Below, piece by piece: positions 37,401-50,775 of a DNA stretch of 64,000 bases. The position numbers and the translations under genes were made by a program. A model generated the notes under the pieces. The model searched no databases, was not told where the DNA came from, and worked only from the letters and a program-made list of their open reading frames with translations. This stretch comes from Octopus sinensis (Eukaryota). Location: positions 110,918,001-110,982,000 of the forward strand of contig NC_043001.1 of NCBI RefSeq assembly GCF_006345805.1, in the 5' to 3' direction. Position 1 is the first letter of the stretch. Every line of letters starts with the position of its first letter.

Positions 37401-37865
37401 AAGGAGAGAGTTATCTTTCATAAGTTAATTACTTTCGGTTTCTCCTGTAAGTTTTGTTCCAACATGTGTCCCTGATTCGTTCCATTCTGTCTAAAAAATG
37501 TTCATTGCAATTTGGTTGGTAGAAGCTAATATTGTTGTTGTTATTGTTATTAATGAAATCAGTATTATTATTATTTATTATATTGTGATTGCTGGGAGGT
37601 TGGGGTTGCTGCCTGGGTAAACTGGTTGGGAAAACTTGGTTTGGGTTTCTTACTTGGAATGAATTGTTGAGGTGCTCAATTATGTTTGGAATGCTGGGGA
37701 GCTGGTTGTGCTGTCTGGGTAAATAAGATGAGGACCTCCCTTACCCACAACAATAACAATACTAACGATAACCAATTACCTCCCCTTATTTTTCTACTTG
37801 TGAAGTCATTAACTCGAAGAAAGTCATTCTTAAGAAAATACAAATTCATATAAGTAAATCTTAAT

Positions 37866-37896
37866 ATTATGAATAGTGAAAGCGAAACCGGTCGAT
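37866..37896 (+). ncRNA. Non-canonical minimal hammerhead-like motif, core AUGAAUA (A3-U8); decayed partner at 36793-36823 on minus
   Basis: AUU / AUGAAUA / GU-GAAA-GC / GAAA-CCGG-UC / GAU; the partner copy reads AUC / AUGAAUC / GC-GAAA-GC / AAAA-CUUG-UC. The consensus of the two is a complete fold. Confidence 0.45.
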
Positions 37897-37985
37897 CTAT
37901 TAAAAATTATATTAAAACTATGTAGAGTGTGTGTGTTTTACTTTTTTCATTTCTTCTTTTAATTTTTAATATATATATATATATA

Positions 37986-38044
<59 letters not shown>

Positions 38045-38766
38045 TATATATAATATATACATACACACACGCACATATATATACATAAATATACATAATT
38101 ATATATATACTTACATATATTTTCTTTCTCTCCCTATTCGTTACTTGTATAGAGCCCTGTAACCTCACGACCCCCTCCTCCTCCCTTACTTATGTCTTTA
38201 GCTTTATATTGTAAATAAGAATGCCCCTTCCCCATCCATGAATTTAGCTTATAGTCTATATGGATAAAGTGATTTTGCATGCGAGCTAGATTGCTAGATT
38301 AGACATTCTAATCCATTCCTGCTTTCCACATAATTCTCTTCTGCTTATATTTTTTCTCTTTCTTTTCTTCTCTCTTTTACGCGTACATGCATTTGTGTGT
38401 ATATTTTAGTTTTGTATTTATATGTCTGAATATGTATGTGGTCTGCGCACATCTATCTGTGTATGTTGATGTAAATATGTATAGTTTAGTATGAGTATGT
38501 GCTGTTGTATAATATTTTAATGCATTTTAATATTTTAATTTCAATTTCCATGTATTAATTATATTTTCTTTATTAATGACAATATGTATTTTAACCAAAG
38601 ATTCGATGTAAGGTTTTTTCCTCGACTTTTATAATTTTATATATATATATTTTGGAGCTCATTTTTGTTTATAGCTCGAAATTGACCGTCATTTGAAAGT
38701 CCATTTTTAAAGTTGTAGCGTTTATACTAGTCTTGACAGAATTGGCATATCGGTTCTATTCTAGCG

Positions 38767-38813
38767 AAAACTGTCCGACGAACGGGAACGTGAAACTCAG
38801 AGTAACAGGTTTT
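38767..38813 (+). ncRNA. Minimal type I hammerhead ribozyme motif (U4C variant)
   Basis: Stem I AAAACUGU / ACAG(G)UUUU, core CCGACGA (38775-38781), stem II ACG-GGAA-CGU, GAAA, stem III CUC-A-GAG, GUA site (cleavage predicted after 38804). Confidence 0.75.
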
Positions 38814-38847
38814 GTTGAATTTTCTGCTGCTTTTAAATAAAGTATAC

Positions 38848-38880
<33 letters not shown>

Positions 38881-38922
38881 TATACACACACACGCACACA
38901 CACATATACACACACACACACG

Positions 38923-38957
<35 letters not shown>

Positions 38958-39884
38958 TATATATACGTATCTATACTTGTGATATTACGTACACACAAAG
39001 GAAAATAGATTATGTAGGTCTAGGAAATTTGAAGAAGGGCATGCGAAAGCAAGAAAGAGTGGTTTCGCTAAGTTCAAAGGTGCAAATTAATGATCTTTAA
39101 GGGCGTTCGTTCAGGTAGAAAATATTAACAAGGAAAGTGTGGTTATATGTGAAATCTATAGAAGAGCGACTGAGGACTGGAATAATTTCCAATAAAATAC
39201 TTCCTTAGAATGAATGGAAGCTAGAATAAATTCATCTTACCTTATATTCTTGTGAAAGAAAGCGAAATTAGACTTACTTAAAGATCACTTAACGGAAAAC
39301 AATTTTATCATTATTGCTTAACTCTACGAAGACGTGTTTGAATTCCGCTTCCGTAATATAATTGATTAAAGAGAAACGCACATATACACATCACTTAAAA
39401 ATATCTTCATACACTGGCGTCCTTTGACATATGATTTACACACATAGATCAATTAATGCTACAAAAGAGACTTTCAGCAATCTGTAGAGTTAATGACTCG
39501 AGAGCCTGAATCCACGTCGTCTTCGTATAGGAGTGTGTGTGTATGTCTCTGTGCGTATGTGTATGTAAGTATGTAAGTATGTTTGTATGTATGTATGTAT
39601 GTATGTATGTATGTACCTACATATAAGATATGTGTCTCTGTATATAGTCAGTATGTTTTTTTGCAACGAAAACGTACTTAGGTAGGTATATACAGAAATA
39701 CTGCAGATTACATTTTAACAAGATATTAACAATGGACGTAAAAACATTCCTTCCTTCATTGATTTGTTAACTTAATATGAAGAGGTTCAACTGGCTAAAA
39801 AGAGAATCATTCACGTATATAAATTTATGTACATTCTCTAAACCTTATCTGTTCAGCATATGTTTAGAGCTTAAATATACACAC

Positions 39885-40020
39885 ATACATACATGCATAC
39901 ATACATCCATACATACATACATACTCACATACATACATACATACATACATACATACATACATACATACATACATACATACATACATACATACATACATAC
40001 ATACTTACATACATACATAT
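39885..40020. repeat. (CATA)n microsatellite
   Basis: Direct reading. Confidence 0.95.
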
Positions 40021-40687
40021 AGATGGCTTGATTGTAATATTTACTTCTGTATCCCGAATGAGAAATATATAAAATATATATTTCTAAATATAGAAGTCAG
40101 TAATTCACTGTCTTCTAATGCACAATTTCATTACCAGTTCTTTGTCGCCAAACTCACAATAACTTTTGCATTCTTATCTGATATCGTATTGTCTTTTGGT
40201 CTGTTTGATATTTAATCTTATTTGTATTTCCTTTAAATATATCCTTGAAAACAATAAAAAAAAGACACATAGTTGTAACATTGATAACATAAGCGAGAAA
40301 AGACTTGAAAATATTTATCACAATTGCAGTTTTCTTTGGGCAATAAAATATGGTTCCATCTTAGAATTTGTTTACATCATGTCTGGCGATTAATGAAACG
40401 TGTGACAAAATTCAAAAGCAGGTATTATGTTTTATGCTGAAGCTTACAAGTGAAATTCTAATATAGTAAGGTTATGTAATATTTATAAATAGTTGCATAT
40501 ATGCAGGATAAAACAGATGCGATCTTGTGGAATAACTAAAAGTTCTGTTAATTTACTACTATGTAATGAAATGAAAATCGAAAGTTTCAAATATTGAAGT
40601 ATCTAACGTAAAAACTTATGAAATCGTACAAAAAATTACAGAAATAATGATAGGAAAACATGTACATTTACGCAGAGATTCATACAT

Positions 40688-41082
40688 AGGCGTAGGAGTG
40701 GCTGTGTGGTAAGTAGCTTGCTTACGAACTACATGGTTACAGCTTCATCACCACAGCGTGGCACCTTCGGCAAGTGTCTTCTACTATAGCTTCGGGACGA
40801 CCAACGCTTTGTGAGTGGATTTGGTAGACGGAAACTGAAACAAGCCTGTCGTATATATGTATGTGTGTGTGCGTGTATATGTTTGTGTGTCTGTGTTTGT
40901 CTCTCCAGCATTGCTTGAGAACCCTTGCTGGTGTGTTTACGTCCCCGTAACTTAGCGGTTTTGTAAAAGAAACCGATAGAATAAGTACTAGGCTTTAAAA
41001 GAATAAGTCTTGGGGTCGATGTGCTCTACAAAAAGCGGTGCTCCACAGTCATATGACTAAAACAAGTAAAAGAGTAAAGAGA
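40688..41082 (+). mobile_element. SINE family A, full length
   Basis: Head AGGCGTAGGAGTGGCTGTGTGGTAAG through tail. Confidence 0.92.
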
Positions 41083-42483
41083 GTGAGTACACAGAGCGGG
41101 AGATCTATAATATTCATACATAAATAGTGGCGGATCTAACATATTAAGGTTCGGAGGCATAAAATGTTATTGGGGCCACCTATACAACCAGCCACAGTAG
41201 GATAACATTCAACAAAGGTCAAATAATTTTCTTGCCCTTGCATGGAATTCCGGGCTTGAGGCCCTGATAGACCAAATGGTGAATTGATGATGTGGAGTCC
41301 TAAAAGTTGAGTCTGACAGTGAGCCCTCTTTCTTCCCGAAACAAGATGTGGGTAATTTCCGATATCTTTACCGATGTGGTTGTTCCATGGCAGATCAGCA
41401 CAATTTTCTTTACAAATTTAAGGACTACATTTCAGATTGTGAATCTCAAAGTCACTGGTATGAACAAATATTTTCCAGGCTATGCCTTATGCCTTTGGAG
41501 TCATGAGAGTTGAAAATAAGGGACCCATTATATACAAGTATGATGCATCATATAAAACATAACAAATACCACAGTCAATATAATCTAATATTAATCTTAT
41601 ATTCAAGATAGATATGAAAATTACAAAATACTGTTTTGTGGAGGTTTTATGGTAATGTATTCCCTTACAGTTTTGTCATATGTGAGCTTTGTACAATGTG
41701 ATTTATATGATTCCAATGGCGAATTAATTGAGTAACAAATAAACAAAACATGACACAACCAGCATCTACAATATAGAACAGAATGTGTGAATCGGGATGA
41801 TTCGTAAAATATAGAAAAAAACTGCAAAAAAATACTTTAGTTAGGGACTTACTGTATTATTTAGAATAAAATCTATTTATTTTATGATCCAAAAAATAAT
41901 CATTATGTTCACTCAACCTGCATGCAATTCCAGTGAATACAACACCGATGCGTAGCTTATATTCATACACATCAAAGAAAAATTTATAATATATCCCCGG
42001 GTATTTTATACCAGAATGATAGAGACTGTAGCCACCATTTATTATACCTTTGATTAATGAATACAAACCTGCAATATCCACGAGAATTAACAACTGCGAT
42101 TTAAAAAATTTTTTTCGTTATCACGAAAAAATGAGAATATAGGGTTTTGTGACAATATCAAAAGAAATATAAGAAAATACGTAAATACGTATTGGGAGTT
42201 ATTGTTTGGTGTGTGCAGTATCATGTTTTCAAAAATACCGAAAAACATCATTAAAACTCAAACTACACCAACAGACATGAATCGGATTTCTAAATATAAA
42301 TTTACTGCAAATATATTTATTTTCATTTCACAAGTTTGTGGACAATTTAGGCATTAGAGTTTACATAGCTTTTTAGACTAACAAAATAGAACTCGAAGTT
42401 TTTCAGTGCAATTCACCGGTTTCAAATATATACATATACTTACACACACACACACACACACACATGTATATATATGTATATAC

Positions 42484-42558
<75 letters not shown>

Positions 42559-43274
42559 CATGCTTGTACACATATATAATATATGTATCTAACAAAATAT
42601 ATACAATCATTGACGCCCTTAGAAACAAATGCATACACCAACGCACACACATGTTTACGTACTTCCATACACTCATACCACCCATTTCCCACTCATATAC
42701 ACAAACTCATAGTTGGATAACTTCATATATTTGTAGATAACATAAATATTTAATGCATCCAATATATTTCTAAATTATTCAGTCATTAAATTCTGTTATT
42801 TTATGATGTGATATATATATGTATATACATACATATAATTGTCAGTGAGTATATCTATGTTTCTGTATGTATATATTTGTGGGTGTGAGTGGCGCGCGGA
42901 CGTGTGTGTGTATGTGTCTCTCTGTGTGTACAGGCGTGTGTAGTATTAGTGTGTGTATTTTGTACTCAAATTCATATACGAACACGTATATGTACTGAAT
43001 ATTACAAATGTCCGCGTATACGTTGAAAAAATTTCATGTTATAACACTTAACTATATGGAGCATTACATAATCGTCATATTGCAACAGCACATACAACTA
43101 CATAAGAAAAACCCATGGCTCTTAAAACGATGCTCTATCCGATCGCTGTGTATAACACGAGGTGTAATCGAGTCACTCGCAAATTGCCTTGATATATTTG
43201 TATGTAACTTCATACGTTTTTGAAAATATAGTACTGGATATGCGCTCCTATGGTCGTACAAGTTGCTGCATATA

Positions 43275-43804
43275 CCGTAAATCCTTGAGTATATTCCGCC
43301 CTTGAGTATAATACGCAGGTTTTTTTTAGGGGGCTGAAGCTCTGAAAAACCTAAACCTTGTGTATAATACGCACCCCTTCTCTAACTTGAGTCAAGTAGG
43401 TCTATGTAACGTCCTTGGTTTGTAAAAATGTATACGGTATCGTCCTTTATTATTATTGTGTATATAACATAATGCAAACGTGTAGCTTTTTTGTGCATTT
43501 TGTTTGCAGAAAATAAAGAAATATCTGTCATAACAGTAATAACGTATAATAAATGTTGCTTACTGCAAGTTATGGATGATTCTTTTATGACTTCATTGCA
43601 TTCAGGCTTAGCTTAAGGTATTGTCGCGCCCGGCATCACAAAATGCGTCTGAATAACCATTGCAGGACACCAAAGACAGCAAATAGAGTCTCGGACATTG
43701 CTTAGAAAATAATTTTCATTTTTAACCTCGTGTATAATACGCACTAAGTATTTTGAACTTTAAAATTTTGAGAAAAAATGCGGATTATACTCGAGGATTT
43801 ACGG
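43275..43804. mobile_element. Non-autonomous Tc1/mariner-superfamily element (pogo/Tigger-like MITE)
   Basis: 25-bp TIRs CCGTAAATCCTTGAGTATATTCCGC / GCGGATTATACTCGAGGATTTACGG; TA at 43273-74 and 43805-06; internal repeats of CT(T/C)G(A/T)GTATAATACGCA at 43301, 43357 and 43727. Confidence 0.88.
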
Positions 43805-43886
43805 TATGTAATTGAAATAAACATGAACGTCATAAGATATATAAGAGAAATACATGCAATAAACGCAGACACATTTATTATAGATA

Positions 43887-44436
43887 TTGGGTTGTCCGGA
43901 AAGTTCGTACTGATTTATATAGGAAAGAAAATGATCAATAAATACTTGCCATTACATGTTTAATCAACCAAATATGAACCGTTTTGTTGCACAATGCATC
44001 TCCATCTTTCCTTTAACTTGGAAATACACTCTTCCAAGAATTGAGGTGGTTTCATGGCAAAGAATTCATCAAGGTATCTTTTATGTCATCCAAGGAATTG
44101 AAATTTTTACCATTAAGACAATTCTGCAGAGACCTGAATAAGTGGAAATAAGAAGGAACAATATCTGCTGAATATGGAGGGTTGGGTAACACATCCCAGC
44201 TGAGCTGGTTCCCAAAACATCAAGTGCCGAAAATGAACTTTCATATCTTCCATTTTTAAAGGGTTACAGAAATAACACAGGTTATAGGAACATAAACCTT
44301 ATTCCAGGAAAAGATAGCTTAAACTGTACTCTAAATGGAGGTGTAGTCATATTCTATTGTATGGACTCAAACATGTTCTAAAATAAGTCGAAAGGTAAGC
44401 TACTATAAATCGGCACAGACTTTCCGGACAACCCAA
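43887..44436 (-). mobile_element. Internally deleted mariner transposon
   Basis: TIRs TTGGGTTGTCCGGAAAGT / ACTTTCCGGACAACCCAA; TA TSD (43885-86, 44437-38); transposase C-terminus on minus. Confidence 0.92.
43960..44210 (-). pseudogene. Mariner transposase C-terminal fragment
   Basis: WDVLPNPPYSADIVPSYFHLFRSLQNCLNGKNFNSLDD / YLDEFFAMKPPQFLEECISKLKERWRCIVQQNGSYLVD*: the YSPDLAPSD motif, decayed, with a frameshift. Confidence 0.9.
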
Positions 44437-44940
44437 TAGATTCGATGATGCCTTTGTGCTGCAGTGTTGTAATAGTGGTTACTTTGTGCATCTCCAATAA
44501 CACACGAAATACGAATTTCGTTTAAGGTATTATACTATTACATTCCCAAGAGGAATATCTAGAAGGCTGAAGACAATAAAACACAGAATTTTATAGAAAA
44601 CTAAAATTTTTTATTCCTCCAGACATCATTTATTTTTATCATTATTTTATCAAGATTTCAATAGAAAATTAAACTGAAGTTACTAATGTGTGTTACGAAA
44701 TTTTACTACCATTTGAAAAGTTTAACTCAGATATTTATTTGCTTTCATCGCTGTATGGTTAAAGATACGAGAAGATTTACAGTTTTGTTTGCGTCATTAT
44801 TTGATTTAGTAAGGTACTTAATGGAAAATCACATATAAATATTGATTAAACTGACTACAGGATTATATGCAAGACAAAGACAATAGCTAAACGCTTTTGG
44901 TCTTTGAAAAGTTCACATCGAATGATATAACGTTATCCAT

Positions 44941-44942
44941 CC

Positions 44943-45035
<93 letters not shown>

Positions 45036-45036
45036 C

Positions 45037-45104
<68 letters not shown>

Positions 45105-45177
45105 GTTTGCCTACCTATCTATCTGTTTGTCTACCTATCTAACTATCTATCTATCTATTTATCTATCTATCTATCTT

Positions 45178-45262
<85 letters not shown>

Positions 45263-45332
45263 CTGTCTGTCTGTCTATCTATCTACCTATCTATCAACAT
45301 ATCTATCTATCTATCTATCTATCTATAAATAT

Positions 45333-45365
<33 letters not shown>

Positions 45366-45381
45366 ATATATATATATATAG

Positions 45382-45459
<78 letters not shown>

Positions 45460-45460
45460 A
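44941..45460. repeat. (TATC)n + (TA)n compound microsatellite, ~520 bp
   Basis: Direct reading. Confidence 0.95.
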
Positions 45461-45530
45461 CATACTATAATGTATAAAAGTTGATGAATACCACCTATTG
45501 ATCCCCTCCATTTTCTTATTGCTCTCTCTA

Positions 45531-45591
<61 letters not shown>

Positions 45592-46730
45592 CTTCTCACA
45601 CCACCATACTAGATTAAAAAACGGTAAAATATGCCAATACATTCATAAACACACTGAAATGCACAATGATACAGAACATACATGGATGAATGTTAATACG
45701 AAATGTGAACAAGTCAAATGGTAGAAAGACCGTCGCTAAGATGTTCTTGGTAAAGTATGGACAAACGGCTGGTCTCTGAAAGGTGACTGTTAAGTCAATG
45801 TAAATATCTCACAAACAGTTTTATACATGGAAGCCATCAAAAAGACCACACCATAGCACACTATAAACGAGCAAATAGAATATAAAATCCGATAGCATAC
45901 ACGCCTGGGATGTATTAGAAACGATACCATAATTAACAGTTTAATTTCAGCAACATCGAAAGTTGCACACGGGTATACTTGCCAGTATACGTGTAGTTCT
46001 TAAAATTCGCCGCCTCAAATTCTAACATAAATTACACAATATGCGGAGATTTCAAACAATACTTGTATGAGAGCGTACGCGTTTGAATGTAGTGTGTATG
46101 AACGGATGTATGAATATTTATATATCAATAAAAATATACATAAATAAGTATATATATTTAAAGTAATGTTTACAAAACTGAGAAAGCATATATATATATA
46201 TATGTTCCTAAAATATTTTAATTTACTACTATTAATTAAGTTAGGCATCTATGTTTCCAATATTTTATTTCATGAATTTATTTATACATATATTATATGA
46301 GTTTACTGCAACATTCGTATTCGATTATAAATACGAATTTCTGTAAAGTTTCAATTCAAACTTCTTGGAGCTATTTGATTAATCTTTCTACCTCAATACA
46401 TTTCACGTCAAATTTCGAGGAGGAATAACTTCAGCTGTCTCCAATCGAATTCATTGAGAACATTCCAAGCTCACAGAAAGGTTTCTTTAAATAATTTTGC
46501 TGTGTTTACAGATTCTAAATATTTAGTTTTCTGCAGCTTTTTTAGTTATTCGTTATAGTGAAACAGGAAGGCCTATAAATTATAACTGTTTGTAAATGTC
46601 CATTTATATATGTACGTATGCAAATATACATAAGAATATATATCTACACACATATATATTTATATATGTGTGTGTAGATATATGTGTATATATATGTGTG
46701 TGTGTGTGTGTATGTGTGTATATATATATG

Positions 46731-46807
<77 letters not shown>

Positions 46808-46844
46808 TTATATATGGTTGTGCGTGTGTGTATATATATATATA

Positions 46845-47015
46845 GTTGTAATTTACAGAAAAAAAAGAAAATACAAAGACGGGTGTGTAAACAAGAAACA
46901 GATGTATTATTTTAACGCTCGGGAAGTGAGAAAGTCTTTTACGTTTCGAGTCTACGCTCTTCCACAGAAAGGGATAACAGAAAATAAACAGAGAGAGAAA
47001 ATAAAAAAAAAAAAG
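46845..47015 (-). mobile_element. Dispersed repeat, probable PLE 3' tail (same family as 10490-10715)
   Basis: Reverse-complement match to 10490-10715; abuts a (TA)n tract. Confidence 0.55.
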
Positions 47016-47580
47016 TTTTAATGGCTAGCGATCAATCATAGTGAATATTTAAATTCCATCATTTTCGTGTTCATTTTACAGAAAAAAAAGAATAGGATTT
47101 AGTGTTATATATTGTGTAAAATTAATCATAAAATATTCTATCCTACAAGAGTCAAGACTATTGAAAAGGTTGCAAGAGGCAACGAAAATATTAGGAAAAT
47201 AAAAATAAGAAATAAGTGGAAATTTTACCGGTGAGTGTGTTAAAGGCACAAAAAGAAAATGACTCTCCCAATACACAACAGAATATCCTACACAGGAGTT
47301 ATGAAAGTTATGCAATTTCAGAGATTCTCATGTGCAAATTGTTTATGGGATTGCCTCTCTGTAAGTTTCGTGAGGTGCCTGAACATCTTTGTTTAATGCT
47401 ACACTTACATGAATTACATTATATTTGGTTTTCAACCTCTCATTTAACTGAATTAATAATTTGTTGGTTTAATTTTTGCCAGCTTTACTACTAACCAAAT
47501 GAATTTATTATTGAAAACGATCGCTCTATGTCACATCTTTTAACTAAATAAGAATACAGTATTATCTTATATACTTAAGT

Positions 47581-47725
47581 AGAGGCGCGTGGCTTAGTGG
47601 TTAGGGTGTTGAACTCCTGATCGTGAGGTTGTATTTTCGATTACTGGACTGGGCGATGCGTTGCTTCCTTGAGCAAAACACTTCAGTTCACGTTGCTCCA
47701 TTCAACTCGGCTAGCAAAGAATGAG
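47581..47725 (+). mobile_element. SINE family E-related 5' fragment
   Basis: GAGGCGCGTGGCTTAGTGGTTAG...CTTGAGCAAAACACTTCA.TTCACGTTGCTCCA. Confidence 0.8.
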
Positions 47726-49424
47726 GGAACGGGGTTTTTTTTACCCCACTGAAACTGGCACGGTTCGAGAGGGAACATTTATTTTTTTTTTTTAATTACC
47801 TTATTAAACGCGATCTTTCTTTAAAGGATGAAGATGCATATCATTATGTTTTACTCATTTATCTCCGGTTTCTTTCCGAAGGGTGTTGATTTAGTGAAAA
47901 TATATAATGCCGAAATTCGTCACGTAATGCAGTTAACTCTCTTGTATGCCTTCTGGCTAAATCGTCGTATAAATATTTTTTACAATTTTTGCTTGCCTCT
48001 TAAGTAGCCTTTTGCCTTTCACCAATCAATAAATAAAGTTTTCAAATAAGATTTTCTTTCTGTAGATATTTTTTTTACTACTCAAGACAATAAAAGCAAC
48101 GATTTCGTGTGTACTTATTTTGAATCGATATTTATAATACAAATTCCAACCACAGTAAATCTTTCTCAGATATCCTTCAATATTTTGTAATAGAAGTAGT
48201 AAATATAAAGAGGAGCGCAAATAATAAATTACATTTACTATAACGATAACTAATGTTATGTTACAAGTATAAAACAAATGAAAGTTTAACGGAATGGCCG
48301 CAGCCCCTTCAAGAAGAAAAATAATATAAAAATTAAGTCGTAGATTTTTGTCCTGAAAATTTAGGTTACTACTTAGATTTAGTTTCTTTCTGCTGATCGA
48401 AATAGTTTTTGCAAAACAGTGAAACAGTTTACGAGTATTCAATGCTTTTCACACGCAAGCAATAATTTTATTTGGCTTTTACAGTCGTATGCTATAACTT
48501 TTAACAATATGAATATTAAACAAGGATATATTTATTATAAACTTATTGTGAAACTTATTAGTTTTTCATACTGACATATTTTCTGAATGCAATAAATACA
48601 TACGCGGTTTATTTATATTTTGATAAAATATGTTTGTTTTGGCGTTTTCCAGTATAATATTGATTATTAGGAGTAATTGTTTTCACTGTTCAGGGAGAGA
48701 CATATGACATTACCCTGAATAAGTGTTTTGAATACATGAATGGAATCATATTTGTATAGTTATGATGTAAATGAAAATCCATAATATTCAAATACTTCAA
48801 CTGGGGAAAAGCAACGATTCAGGTTACGTGCTGACCGAAAAACATAAATCTTCACACACTCCCACATCATTTATACTCAGTTTTACAATAGCGTTTACTA
48901 CTGAAATACAGCTTATAATATGACTGTTAAGGGTGGGATAGAGTATAGTTTATTTCGTAATAGCTAGTTATTTGTTATTCTCTATACGATCCCTTCTCGA
49001 GATCATATAGATCTTCCGTATATCAACACAGACATTCCATCCTGGACTCTTATGCATTGTTTTTATTTGTTTTTCTGTCAATGATTTCTGTATTCTGTTT
49101 GCGAGATTCTTGGTGTGAATTTGTTTATTGAAAGAAACCTTGTTGTGTTTTGGGAAGGTCATTATGCGTGTGTTTATTATTATTAGCGTAATGGCATTCT
49201 CAAAAGGCAACAAGATTTCAATGAATATTTTGTCAAATTTTTCTTCATTGAAACGGTAGGAAACACGCTATGAGGATTTGTTCGTATGCGCTCCCAATTC
49301 TTCTCGAATATACACGCAAGACTACATGAAGTATTCGTTTTGAGAAGAAATTAGTAATTGGCTAGACTTTAACTGCAAGGTAAGGACAGCACCATGCACG
49401 ACGAAATTTTCATTTTCATCTCCT

Positions 49425-49820
49425 TACTAGCAGTAGCCCCCGGCGTTGCTCAAGTTACTTTCGACCCTTTAGAATTGGAATTTTTGAACAGCAAAAGTTT
49501 GGTATTATGTAGCTTGTTATTCTCTTTAAGTGAACATTTTTCTGGTTGAAATACACCGAAAAATGGCGACACAGCAGTCAAAAAATAGTAAAAAATAGGG
49601 ATTTTCATAGAAAAAAAGGACCTTTTCGATTAAATACCTGTTGGTCTTAACATGGTCCCATTTGAATATTTTTTCTTCTACGGACGGAAGAGAAAGCCTT
49701 CTTCTATCATACTGTTAATTTTGGTCAACTTGCGCCGCGGGATCTCGGAGGAGATAGTATTAGTTGAAGGCTACCAAACCTGCCACACACAGACAACATC
49801 AGCTTTATATATAGAGAGAT
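49425..49820 (+). mobile_element. Probable non-autonomous Helitron/Helentron-type (HINE/DINE-like) element
   Basis: Starts TACTAGCAGTAGCCCCCGGCGTTGC, ends ACACACAGACAAC..CAGCTTTATATATAGAGAGAT, in a T-rich context; no TIR or TSD seen. The class assignment comes from recalled architecture only. Confidence 0.4.
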
Positions 49821-49859
49821 TTGACACAGTTTTAGTTCCATTTAAAACGTGGAGCTAAT

Positions 49860-49945
49860 GCATCTTAGCATTGCCCACTAATATTGTTAGCATCTTAGCG
49901 TTGCCCACTAAAAACGAATGCATCTTAGCATTGCCCACTAATATG
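49860..49945. repeat. 30-bp-period minisatellite, about 3 copies
   Basis: GCATCTTAGC(A/G)TTGCCCACTAA at 49860, 49890 and 49920. Confidence 0.95.
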
Positions 49946-50394
49946 TTGTTCTTTGCTTCCGGAATTATATATTCTATATTCTAAAATTTCACAATAAAAT
50001 CTAAGTTTAATGTTTTCTATTCCGTTGGTTTTGGGAAATTAAGACATCCGATATGTAATGTAGTTGAACCAACCGATTATAACTTTCTTGTAAAATTGAG
50101 CTATTTTGTCCATATAAGGAATGATCCCGTAGTTATTTGCTGGTAATGTAGCTACAAGTTATTTCATATTTCTAGTTTTTATGTCTTGGTAATCATCTCA
50201 AAGGAAAGGAGCATTCGTTCTGAAAATAAATTTAGGTACTGTTGCTACAGAAAATAAATAACAAGAATTAATATTAATGAAATGACGCTTCGGTTTGTAA
50301 GGCAATATTATGATATTTACCAAGTTTCGTATAAAGAAACATGTGCCTCTTGTGCAAAGAATATCGCTCTTACGATTTTTTTACTGGCGGTTAG

Positions 50395-50775
50395 ATAACC
50401 ATGTAGCAGGCCTTTTGGATCATTCTATTTGACATGTAGCATATATGGCCAAGCTAACAGAGGTACCATTGTGCAGGTAGAACCATGAATCTTATATCTG
50501 CGTGCCTGGTTCATTGTTGGCCATTTGATCAATTCACTTAACGTTAAGTATCCGTCTTAATTTACGCGGCAAGAAAGAATGGAAACGCTGGTCTCGTCAG
50601 GAACAGATGATTCATGTCTCACAACCATAAAGGAGTGTGCTGAAAACACAAACTCTATATACGTCAAGGTTGGTGGGAACCGTTACAAAATTCTTCTTGC
50701 GGACACTGTCAACTACGCTGATGTTGAGGCTACTACTCCAATGCATCATTTTTACTTAGAAGCTGGGAACGGGGT
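50395..50775 (-). mobile_element. Degenerate RTE (BovB-like) LINE fragment
   Basis: Minus translation VCVFSTLLYGCET*...RFHSFLPRKLRRILNVK*IDQMANNE...LC*LGHICYM matches the ACVLSTLLYGSExW...LRRILxIxWxDxVTNxE...LRWLGHVxRM segment of RTE LINEs. Confidence 0.75.

Larger units (their letters stand above)
36734..37955 (-). mobile_element. 5'-truncated Penelope-like element with tail-to-tail inverted repeats (36734-36969 / 37736-37955), degenerate
   Basis: The inverted arms are read directly; the spacer encodes a broken GIY-YIG domain on minus; flanked by (TA)n-rich sequence. Confidence 0.85.

Noticed and set aside
41126-41290. AGTGGCGGATCT start resembling a Harbinger/hAT-type MITE terminus
   Set aside because: No matching inverted terminus was found.
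49860-49945. Repeat-spacer pattern superficially like a CRISPR array
   Set aside because: The context is eukaryotic, the spacers are only 8 bp, there are three copies and no cas genes.
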